From positions 1 through 38,895 of the forward strand of contig JBOGXG010000040.1 in NCBI GenBank assembly GCA_050694195.1: DNA of 38,895 nucleotides. Direction: 5' to 3'. The notes under the pieces are model-generated. The model saw only the letters and a program-made list of their open reading frames with translations. It had not been told where the DNA came from and ran no database searches. Shown here in pieces: positions 1 through 7,807 of this stretch. Source of the DNA: Actinomycetota bacterium (GTDB taxonomy: Bacteria; Actinomycetota; CADDZG01; WHSQ01). How positions within the stretch are numbered: the first letter of the stretch is position 1; each line of letters opens with the position of its first letter. Position numbers and translations under genes: made by a program.

Positions 1-1113
1 ATCTTCACGATGCCGGACAAGATGAGCCACGAGAAGATCGCGCTACTGCGGGCTCACGGCGCCGAGGTCGTCATCACGCCGACGGCCGTCGCGCCGGAGT
101 CGCCCGAGTCTTACTACTCGGTCGCGAACCGGCTCACGGAGCAAACGCCGGGCGGCTTCCAGCCCGACCAGTACCACAACGACCGCAACCCGGATGCGCA
201 CTACAAGACGACGGGCCCCGAGATCTGGGCCCAGACCGAGGGCAGGATCACTCATCTCGTGGTCGGGGTCGGGACCGGCGGGACGATCACCGGCACGGGC
301 CGCTACCTCAAGGAGCAGAACCCCGACGTCGTGATCGTAGGAGCCGACCCCGAGGGATCTGTTTTCACCGGAGGGGAGCCGCATCCGTATCTCGTCGAGG
401 GCATCGGGAAGGAGACCTGGCCCGGCACCCTCGATCGCGACGTCGTCGATCGTTGGTTCACGGTCTCGGACCGCGATTCGTTCCTCACCGCGCGCCGCAT
501 CAGCCGCGAGGAAGGTCTCCTCGTCGGCGGGTCCTGCGGCACCGCGATGTGGGCTGCGCTCGAACTCGGCAAGGAGCTCGGACCGGACGACGTCGTAGTC
601 GTGATCCTCCCGGACTCCGGACGTAACTACATCTCCAAGCTCTACGACGACAACTGGATGCGCGAGAACGGCTTCATCGAACGACCCGGCATCGAATCTC
701 GCATCGCCGATGTCGTCGCCGAGAAGCGCAAGCAAGGTCGCGAGCTGCCCGCCCTGATAGCCGTTCCGGTAGACGAGAAAGTGGGCCGGGCGATAGACCT
801 TCTCCAGGAGTTCGGTATCTCGCAGGTGCCGGTAGCGCAGAACGAGTCGCCTACCGACGTGGACGAGGTGATCGGCTCGATCACCGAGCGCTCGCTCCTC
901 GACAAGGTCTTCCGCGACAGCGAGACCGTCGACCGGGAGGTCCGCGAGGTGATGGACGAGCCCCTACCGACGGTCCAGGTGAGCGAGGGCGTCGACGCGA
1001 TGTTCAGGGACCTGTCGCGGGGGGCCGAGGCAGTGGTCGTGGCCGACGGCAGTTCCCCCGTTGCGGTACTGACGAGAGCCGACCTGCTGGAGTTCCTGGC
1101 CCTCCAAAGCTGA
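1..1113 (+). CDS. cbs: Cystathionine beta-synthase (fold-type II PLP domain plus C-terminal CBS-domain pair); 5' end cut by the window edge
   Basis: Track ORF 10..1113 stays open in frame back to nt 1 (IFT-MPDKMSHEK...). It has the glycine-rich PLP-phosphate loop VGVGTGGTITG and a cysteine-synthase-like core. The last ~130 aa contain two CBS/Bateman-type repeats (VDEKVGRAIDLLQEFGISQVPV... and VSEGVDAMF...VAVLTRADLLEFL). It is convergent with a Cys/Met PLP enzyme. Confidence 0.85.
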   Translation: MFTMPDKMSHEKIALLRAHGAEVVITPTAVAPESPESYYSVANRLTEQTPGGFQPDQYHNDRNPDAHYKTTGPEIWAQTEGRITHLVVGVGTGGTITGTGRYLKEQNPDVVIVGADPEGSVFTGGEPHPYLVEGIGKETWPGTLDRDVVDRWFTVSDRDSFLTARRISREEGLLVGGSCGTAMWAALELGKELGPDDVVVVILPDSGRNYISKLYDDNWMRENGFIERPGIESRIADVVAEKRKQGRELPALIAVPVDEKVGRAIDLLQEFGISQVPVAQNESPTDVDEVIGSITERSLLDKVFRDSETVDREVREVMDEPLPTVQVSEGVDAMFRDLSRGAEAVVVADGSSPVAVLTRADLLEFLALQS

Positions 1114-1132
1114 GCCCGCCGCCGCGGCGGGT
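1114..1132. terminator. GC-rich hairpin between the convergent cbs and gamma-lyase genes (candidate bidirectional terminator)
   Basis: cccgccg (1115..1121) is the exact reverse complement of cggcggg (1125..1131), with a 3-nt loop. It starts 1 nt after the cbs stop and lies ~50 nt from the stop of the minus-strand gene. There is no U-tract, which is common in high-GC actinobacteria. Confidence 0.45.
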
Positions 1133-1179
1133 CAACTCTTCGGATGTGACCGCAGACGTAGTCTCGACCGAGATGTTCG

Positions 1180-2334
1180 TTAGCTGCCGAAGGCTTGTGC
1201 CAGGTCGGCGATCAGGTCGTCGGGGTGCTCGATGCCCACCGAGACCCTGACGAGAGCCGGGGACACCTCCATGCCGGAGCCGGCGAGGCTCGCGTGCGTC
1301 ATCTTGCCGGGATGCTCGATGAGCGACTCCACCCCGCCCAAGGATTCGCCGAGGAAGAACAGCTTCGTCCTCTCGCACACGCGCAACGCGTCGGCTTCCG
1401 ACGCGGCATCGAACGAAACCATTCCCCCGTACAACGCCTCCCCTGCGGCCGACATCTGCTTGCCGGCCAGTGCGTGCCCGGGGAACGACTCGAAGCCGGG
1501 ATAGTAGACCGCCGACGCGGACGACTCCTCGGCGAGCCACCTCGCCACCTGCGCGGCCCCCTCGCAGTGCGCGCGCATCCTTATCGCCAGCGTCTTCAAG
1601 CCGCGGAGGAGGAGCCACGCGTCGAAGGGGCCGGGCACCGCGCCGACCGCGTTCTGGAGGAAACGGAGTCGCGCCACCAGTTCCTCGTCGTCTACGACCA
1701 GGGCGCCCATGACGAGATCGGAATGCCCGCCAAGGTACTTCGTGGCCGAGTAGATGACGACGTCTGCCCCGAGATCGAGCGGACGCTGGAGGTACGGGGT
1801 AGCGAAGGTGTTGTCGACCGCCAGCAGCGCACCGGCCGAGTGGGCCGCGTCGGCCAGCATGGCGAGGTCGACGATCTTCAGCATCGGGTTCGTGGGGCTC
1901 TCGGCGATCAGCAGGCCGGCCCCGCCACCGACGGCGCCGGCGACGGCGCTCTCGTCCGTCATGTCAACCGTGACCCATTCGATCCCGAGGTCGGCGAGGA
2001 CCTTGGCGAACAACCGGTACGTCCCGCCGTAGATGTCGTCGGACATGACGACCTTCTGTCCGCTCGAAAGGGTGAGCGCGAGCGTGGCCGTCGCCGCCAT
2101 CCCCGACGCGAACGAGATCGCGCCCCCGGCCCCCTCGAGGTCGGCAAGACAGGTCTCGAGGGCGCGGCGGGTCGGGTTGTCGGTGCGGGAATATTCGAAT
2201 CCTTTGTGCTCGGCTACGGAATCCTGGACGTAGGTCGATGTTTGATAGATGGGAACCACCGCCGCCCCGGTGGTCGGGTCGGGGTCCTGCCCGGAATGGA
2301 TGGCGGCGGTTTCAAAGCGCATACGATCGGTCAT
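1180..2334 (-). CDS. Cys/Met-metabolism PLP enzyme, cystathionine gamma-lyase / gamma-synthase family
   Basis: Track ORF 1180..2475 was trimmed to the internal ATG at 2334 (MTDRMRFETAAIHSGQDPD...), which has GGAG 5 nt upstream. The PLP-lysine motif SATKYLGGHSD is present, and the length (384 aa) and overall pattern are typical of MetB/MetC/CGL. Lyase versus synthase cannot be decided from the sequence alone. Confidence 0.85.
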   Translation of the reverse strand: MTDRMRFETAAIHSGQDPDPTTGAAVVPIYQTSTYVQDSVAEHKGFEYSRTDNPTRRALETCLADLEGAGGAISFASGMAATATLALTLSSGQKVVMSDDIYGGTYRLFAKVLADLGIEWVTVDMTDESAVAGAVGGGAGLLIAESPTNPMLKIVDLAMLADAAHSAGALLAVDNTFATPYLQRPLDLGADVVIYSATKYLGGHSDLVMGALVVDDEELVARLRFLQNAVGAVPGPFDAWLLLRGLKTLAIRMRAHCEGAAQVARWLAEESSASAVYYPGFESFPGHALAGKQMSAAGEALYGGMVSFDAASEADALRVCERTKLFFLGESLGGVESLIEHPGKMTHASLAGSGMEVSPALVRVSVGIEHPDDLIADLAQAFGS

Positions 2335-2353
2335 GGAAGCTCCGTAGAAGGGG

Positions 2354-3184
2354 ATGAGGCAACTGTCTGAGCTAAGGGACTTGGATACCACGGCTGACCA
2401 CAAGCGAGGTGAGGAGCGGGACGGCTGGATCGCCCTCACGGGACAGGGACTCGAGGGGGCCGGGCGGATACCCATCCTCTACTCGCGCGAGATCGAGCGC
2501 GCCGAAGGCCGCCCCCGCGTGTTCACGCCGTTCACCGAGAACGAAGACCAGATCGTCCCCGACAGCCTCGAGATCGTGGCGGGGATCGATCCCGAGGACA
2601 CGTCGCCCCTCGACGGCGCGGTCGGGTTGCTCCTGCCGGGCGGCGGCGACGTCGACCCGTCCCACTACGGGCGCCCGCGTCATCCCCGCACCAAGCGGGT
2701 GAGCCGGTTGCGCGACCGGGTCGAATCCACGCTGCTGCGCGAGGCGCTGCGGCGAGACATGCCGGTGCTCGCGATCTGTCGCGGCTTTCAGTTGTTGAAC
2801 GTCCTTCTCGGAGGAACGCTGGACCAGCATCTGGCCGACAACCCCGAGCTGATCGACCACGACAGGGACATGCCGCGCGCCGAGCCCGTCCACCACATCC
2901 GGATCAAAGGTGATTCGAGGCTGGCGAAGATCTTCGGCGAGACGGAAGTGCCGGTGAACTCCCATCACCACCAGGGGTTGGAGAAGGTCTCTTCCGAACT
3001 CGAGATGATCGCGTGGGCCGGAGACGGGACCCTGGAGGCCGTCGCCGGGAGGGACTACAGCTGGGTCCTCGGCGTCCAATGGCATCCCGAGGTCATGGCC
3101 CCCGTCGATCACCGGCAGATGAAGATCTTCGACGACTTCGTCGAGGCGACGCGCTCCTACGCCGCGGCCCGCAGCGCCGCCTGA
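2354..3184 (+). CDS. Class I glutamine amidotransferase-like hydrolase, peptidase C26 (gamma-glutamyl-GABA hydrolase/PuuD-like) family
   Basis: It has the nucleophile elbow motif LAICRGFQLLN, then HHQG, and the catalytic His region VQWHPE. The LLLPGGGDVDPSHYG loop is typical of C26 hydrolases. The start is uncertain: ATG 2354 has only a G-rich stretch directly abutting it. Confidence 0.75.
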   Translation: MRQLSELRDLDTTADHKRGEERDGWIALTGQGLEGAGRIPILYSREIERAEGRPRVFTPFTENEDQIVPDSLEIVAGIDPEDTSPLDGAVGLLLPGGGDVDPSHYGRPRHPRTKRVSRLRDRVESTLLREALRRDMPVLAICRGFQLLNVLLGGTLDQHLADNPELIDHDRDMPRAEPVHHIRIKGDSRLAKIFGETEVPVNSHHHQGLEKVSSELEMIAWAGDGTLEAVAGRDYSWVLGVQWHPEVMAPVDHRQMKIFDDFVEATRSYAAARSAA

Positions 3185-3193
3185 CCATTTTCC

Positions 3194-3211
3194 GGCTTAC
3201 GAAAGTTAGCC
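3194..3211. terminator. Small hairpin with a GAAA loop between convergent genes
   Basis: ggcttac (3194..3200), loop gaaa, then gttagcc (3205..3211) give 6 of 7 pairs. It sits between the stop of the C26 hydrolase gene (3184) and the stop of the minus-strand repeat-protein gene (3230). This is a weak call. Confidence 0.25.
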
Positions 3212-3229
3212 CCCGAGCAACAGTTCTGT

Positions 3230-4621
3230 CTAAGAATCTGGGGTGGCGAGGCCCATCAGGGCGGCGACGTCCTCCGCCGAGCCCGAGTAGGCGATGCGCT
3301 CGGCGACCACGGGCGAGCTCGACGAGATGATCGCCACCACCGGCTCGTCCTGCGACCACCGGTCGAGATCGATGCGACCGCGTCCGCCCGTTGCGACCGT
3401 GATCCCCTGGAGCTCGTCGGGCCGGAGCGGCTCGCCCGACGCGCGCCGAAGCTCGACGTCGACCTCCGCCTCCTCCTCGCCGAGGTTCAGGATGATGATC
3501 GAATCGCTCGTCGGGTTGGCGGCGGGGAGGCCGAGCCACACGTTCGTGGATGGTTCCGTGGCGCCGATCTCGGACGCGTACCCCCGGAACGCGCCCGAGT
3601 CGTACCAAACGGATCTCTCGGCGACGAGTTCCACACCGTTCACCGACCGAACCACCACGCTGACGGAGCCGACGTCCCTCTCGTCCAACGCGTGAGATAG
3701 ATCGATCTCCCGTGTGCTCCCGACGTCGACCTTGAAGCCGACCAGTGACTCGGGTTGGATCATCCGCTTATCGGTGATCAGCGACACGTCGACGAGCGCC
3801 TCTTCGTCGCTCGGATTGAGTATCGAGAGCCGTTCCTCGAGGCCATCGCCGGAGGCTCCGGTCGGGAAGTACCACTCGAGCGCCGGCTCGGTCGCGCCCA
3901 ACGTGAGACTGGCTCCCGGCGGTTGGTTCTCAGGCTTGGCGAAGACCACCTTCCACGCAACGAAGCGCCCGCGGACGGACCTGACCTCGGCTCCCAACAC
4001 CTTCTGTTGCAGGATGAACCTGTTCATCCTCAGTGTCGTCGCGTCACCGCTGGGGATCGCGACGTCGTTCAGGTTCGCCTTCGATCGCGAGCCACCCTTC
4101 GTATGGAAGGTGACGCGCACGACCGCCTCATCGGGGAACGGGTTGTAGAGGATCAGCGATTCGTTAAAGCCGAGCGCGACCGATCCTTGAGGGAAGAACC
4201 ACTCGGTCGACGCCTCGGTCGAGCACGCCGCCGACGCCAGGCCCCCCACCGGTTCCGTGTAGGTCGTCGCGGCCGAGGCGGCGACTCGGCCGCCGTAACC
4301 CACTAGCCCTAGCGGGGTGTTGTCGTCGACGTCGTGGAAGAGGGCGCGGGCGCCCAGGTCTTGCGTCTCGCCGTCGCCGGGCTCGATCCCGGCGGTGACC
4401 GACGACTCGTCGAACCCGGAGCCGGCAAGGTGCACGGTCCCCTCGGTTCCGCCTCCGCTTGACGGACAGAACACGGCTCTCTCCGTGAAGATCCGGCTCT
4501 GCTCCGCCACCGGCGCGGGCGGTTCCGTCTCGTCCGTGACGCCGTCGAACGCGACCCCGAGCGCCAGCACCGCGATCAACGTCGCGCCCATCACGAGTTC
4601 CCGAGAACGCGACAGGATCAT
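3230..4621 (-). CDS. Membrane-anchored/secreted protein of unknown function with three ~100-aa tandem repeat modules (DUF5719-like)
   Basis: Track ORF 3230..4693 was trimmed to ATG 4621 (MILSRSRELVMGATLIAVLALGVAF = N-terminal TM/signal anchor). This ATG overlaps the TGA of the upstream GT2 gene (ATGA at 4618..4621). Three internal repeats share the pattern [ST]EP/AS..W.FP.G....L.ILNP..EEA.V.V: EWFFPQGSVALGFNESLILYNPFPDEAVVRV, EWYFPTGASGDGLEERLSILNPSDEEALVDV and NVWLGLPAANPTSDSIIILNLGEEEAEVDV. The DUF5719 assignment rests on remembered architecture and context, not on a search. Confidence 0.7.
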   Translation of the reverse strand: MILSRSRELVMGATLIAVLALGVAFDGVTDETEPPAPVAEQSRIFTERAVFCPSSGGGTEGTVHLAGSGFDESSVTAGIEPGDGETQDLGARALFHDVDDNTPLGLVGYGGRVAASAATTYTEPVGGLASAACSTEASTEWFFPQGSVALGFNESLILYNPFPDEAVVRVTFHTKGGSRSKANLNDVAIPSGDATTLRMNRFILQQKVLGAEVRSVRGRFVAWKVVFAKPENQPPGASLTLGATEPALEWYFPTGASGDGLEERLSILNPSDEEALVDVSLITDKRMIQPESLVGFKVDVGSTREIDLSHALDERDVGSVSVVVRSVNGVELVAERSVWYDSGAFRGYASEIGATEPSTNVWLGLPAANPTSDSIIILNLGEEEAEVDVELRRASGEPLRPDELQGITVATGGRGRIDLDRWSQDEPVVAIISSSSPVVAERIAYSGSAEDVAALMGLATPDS

Positions 4622-7600
4622 GACCGAACCTCCGTCCTCAGCCGGGGTCCGCCGCGGCGGGTCGAGAACGCGGCTCCCGTTACGACGATCCATCCCAGAG
4701 CGACCGCGAACAACAACAGTAGGTTCGTAGGCGAGCGGGGGTACTGGACCTCGAGTTTCCCCTCTCCCGACGGCACCTCGAAGGCGTTCCCCCAGACGCT
4801 CGGAGTCTTGTCGATCACCTCGTCGCGGAACTGTCCCTCCCAGGCGGGGTCGGCGCTCTCGGCGAGGAACGCAACGCCGGGCCCGACCGCCTGTGGGTCC
4901 TCGTAGTTCGCCGACGACTTGGAATCGAGTGAATCGAGCCCCAACTCGTCGTCGGAGCGCGCGAGCGTCGGATCGGCCTCATCGATGGCTCGAACGAAGC
5001 TGGGCATGGTGTCGTAGAGACCGGCGCGCGGAAGGAAGGTCTCGTTCTCGAGCACGAGATAATCGGGTTCCGCCCGGACGATGGCGAGGTCTCTCTGATC
5101 GAGCCATCCCTCGTCCACCTCACCTCGCTGCATGACGATGTAGTGAACGTTGAACGCACCCAGCAACGCACCGGCGCGATCTGTATCGCCGCGCTCGACC
5201 GAATCGATCACGGCTCTCAGTCTCGACCAACCTCTACTCGTCACGCGCTCGAACTGATCGCTCATGACCTGGCCGCGCGACCCGGTAACGAACGTATCCC
5301 CGACGGGCCGCATGACGGACCTGACCGGCGGCGCCCATCGATGCCCGACCCACAGCGCCCGGTAGCGCCCCGCGGCCGACGCCTCCGCCGCCAACAAGCT
5401 GCGGATCTGCGCCACGATCTCGGAGTTCTCGCGCCCACTCCCTCGCCCGGGGGCCCACGAACCACTCAGAACCGCGGGTCCGAGGCCGGCAACGACGAGG
5501 AAGATCGCCGTCGCGAAGCCGCCGAGCGTCGTCCAGTGGACCCAACCGAATCCGCGCCGGGGCAGGTCGAGCCTGAACGCACCGACCGACAACCCGACCA
5601 AGCCTGCGAAGCAGGCGGAGACGAGGACGCCCGCTTCGGTGGGGGACGCGACCAGTGGTTTGAGCGACCCGGACGACATCAGCGTGATGACCCAGCCCAT
5701 CATGACGATGACCGCCCACAGAGCCAGCGCCAACCTGCGGCGCGCCCCACGTCCCGCCAGCACGGCGATCAGTCCGAGGAGAGGGAGCGCGAGTCCGAAG
5801 AGAACGCGACCCTCGGGTGTCTGCCCCAACACCACGCTGGCCATCCCGTGCTCCGCGAAACTCGCCGCGTAGGCGGACGAGGTGGGGGCCGAGCGCAGAA
5901 GGTCCAACGGTCCCCCATCCGAGAACCAATGCAGGCTCCACGGAAGCAGCAGTGCCCACCCAGCGAGCAATCCCGTCACCGAGAGGATGACTCCGGCAAG
6001 AGCACGCTCTCCCTGAACGAACAGGCCGCGTATGCCGCCGACGAGGACCGCTACGAGTAGATACAAGAGGAGCGATCCCGGAACGAAGGCCGCGGAGATC
6101 GCCGCGCCGAGGGCAACCGCGGCGAGAGAACGGGTCGGTCTCCACCCGGGGGGGCGCGCCCATCCGCCGAGACGAACCATCGAGTGCAGCACGAACGGCG
6201 CCGCCGCGCCGAACACCAGCGCGCCCAACGCGCCCTCGCGCAGACCCACGTAGCCCACGGCTCCGAGCATGTAGATGGAGCCCGCCGCAACGCGTCCGGT
6301 CCTGTCGACGAGATCGGACACGAGGTTGTAAGCGCCCTTGAACGCGAGGATGCCGAGCGCCAACACGAGGATCTTCTGGGCCGCGCCTGCCGCGCCGAAG
6401 GTCGCCACCGGGAAGATCCCGAGTAGGGCCAACGCCGCCGGAGCATCGCCGGGTTGACCCAGTCCGACGGCGCGCCACGGCGACAAGAACGCCTGCCACA
6501 GCGCGGTCCCGTTCTCCGGATAGGGAAGCAGCTCGCCCACCGCCGCCTGCGGGCTCCACCAGACATGCCGGAATCCGATGAGCAGGGCCACGACCGAGAA
6601 GAACAGCGCCACGCCCAGCCATCCCTTCAGCTGGCTCCCGAGCACCTTGGCCTGGGTGCCTCGGGCGGCGAGCACCTCGGCGCGACGTCCCCATCCCTCC
6701 TCGAGACGATCGCGTTGATGAGCGATGTAGAAGCGCAGACGTTTCGTTTGCCGAACCGTCAAACGTCTCAGTTTCAGGTCAGATATCCGCCGGTCCTTCT
6801 GGACGCGGCGACGTTCCGCGAGCGTCTGCGGGATGTGGACGAGGTTCCATCCCAGTGCGCGCGCCAGGTTGAAGATCTCGCCCGGCTGTCGCAAGACGAT
6901 GAACCCCAACATCTCGGCCAGGGTTAGAAGGATGAACTGCGGGACGAGGCCCAGCAGTCGAATGGTCGAGGCGTTCTTGAAGACCGTGCGCAGACGGTTG
7001 CGGCGGATGTAATAACGCTGCGGTTTGAACGGTGATGGACGCTGACTCGTTGCCAGTGCTATCGCATGGCGAGCGCGAGCGCGCGGCTCCAAACGAACGA
7101 CCAACCCCATCAGCCGGGCGCGCCAGCAGAGATCGAGATCCTCCGCGAATGCCCTCAATCGCGAGTCCCACCCGCGCATCTGCTTGAACACGTCGTGACG
7201 GACGAGCATGCAGGTGCTGGTGACGTAGAAGACCTCTCCAGGCGTGTCGTGCTGCCCGAGATCGATCTCACCTTCCTCGAGACCCTTGTAGGGATATCCG
7301 AAACGGTCCGCCGCCATCCCGACCTCTTCCAGGCGTTGGGGGTCATCCCAGGAAACGATCTTGGGGCCGACGACGGCCGTGATGTCGTCGGCAAGGAGCC
7401 TCTCCATCATCCTCTCGACGGAGTCCGGGTCGAGCGCTGCATCGTCGTGGATGAACAGCAAGACGTCGGCGTCGGTACGCACGCGGGACAACGCCCAATT
7501 GATCGCGCCGCCGAACCCGAGTGGTCGCGCCGTCCTGAGATAACCCCAGCGTCGGTTGCGCAGATGTCTCTTGACGACCCTCTTCAGCGGGGGCTCAACG

Positions 7601-7800
7601 CGCGAATCCACCGATGCGTCGTCGACCACGAGGACATCGAGCAACGGGTAGGTCTGCACCGCCAGCGAGACCAGACAATCCCGGATCCAGCTGCGCCCGT
7701 TGTGCGTAACGACGATCGCGAGCACGCTGGGGATCGAACCCTCCTCGCGCTCGCGCGCCTCTGGTTCCGGCCGCTGGGTGCCGGTCGCGATCGCGGTCAT
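4618..7800 (-). CDS. Large family-2 glycosyltransferase fused to a polytopic membrane domain and a C-terminal extracytoplasmic domain (1060 aa)
   Basis: The N-terminal GT-A/GT2 signatures are VLAIVVTHNG, VLVVDDASVD, LFIHDDAAL and TSTCMLVRHDVF. By eye there are at least a dozen hydrophobic helices between aa ~290 and ~760, followed by a ~270-aa soluble region and a final TM (LLLLFAVALGWIVVTGAAF). ATG 7800 lies 7 nt downstream of the fbiC stop. Confidence 0.85.
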   Translation of the reverse strand: MTAIATGTQRPEPEAREREEGSIPSVLAIVVTHNGRSWIRDCLVSLAVQTYPLLDVLVVDDASVDSRVEPPLKRVVKRHLRNRRWGYLRTARPLGFGGAINWALSRVRTDADVLLFIHDDAALDPDSVERMMERLLADDITAVVGPKIVSWDDPQRLEEVGMAADRFGYPYKGLEEGEIDLGQHDTPGEVFYVTSTCMLVRHDVFKQMRGWDSRLRAFAEDLDLCWRARLMGLVVRLEPRARARHAIALATSQRPSPFKPQRYYIRRNRLRTVFKNASTIRLLGLVPQFILLTLAEMLGFIVLRQPGEIFNLARALGWNLVHIPQTLAERRRVQKDRRISDLKLRRLTVRQTKRLRFYIAHQRDRLEEGWGRRAEVLAARGTQAKVLGSQLKGWLGVALFFSVVALLIGFRHVWWSPQAAVGELLPYPENGTALWQAFLSPWRAVGLGQPGDAPAALALLGIFPVATFGAAGAAQKILVLALGILAFKGAYNLVSDLVDRTGRVAAGSIYMLGAVGYVGLREGALGALVFGAAAPFVLHSMVRLGGWARPPGWRPTRSLAAVALGAAISAAFVPGSLLLYLLVAVLVGGIRGLFVQGERALAGVILSVTGLLAGWALLLPWSLHWFSDGGPLDLLRSAPTSSAYAASFAEHGMASVVLGQTPEGRVLFGLALPLLGLIAVLAGRGARRRLALALWAVIVMMGWVITLMSSGSLKPLVASPTEAGVLVSACFAGLVGLSVGAFRLDLPRRGFGWVHWTTLGGFATAIFLVVAGLGPAVLSGSWAPGRGSGRENSEIVAQIRSLLAAEASAAGRYRALWVGHRWAPPVRSVMRPVGDTFVTGSRGQVMSDQFERVTSRGWSRLRAVIDSVERGDTDRAGALLGAFNVHYIVMQRGEVDEGWLDQRDLAIVRAEPDYLVLENETFLPRAGLYDTMPSFVRAIDEADPTLARSDDELGLDSLDSKSSANYEDPQAVGPGVAFLAESADPAWEGQFRDEVIDKTPSVWGNAFEVPSGEGKLEVQYPRSPTNLLLLFAVALGWIVVTGAAFSTRRGGPRLRTEVRS

Positions 7801-7807
7801 CCGCGGC

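Noticed and set aside
5234-6694. 486-aa ORF on the minus strand, inside the GT2 gene but in another frame
   Set aside because: It lies entirely within a gene that has clear GT2 motifs and TM helices. Its translation is dominated by Arg/Gly/Pro/Ala, which is typical of off-frame reading of high-GC DNA, and it shows no recognisable motif.
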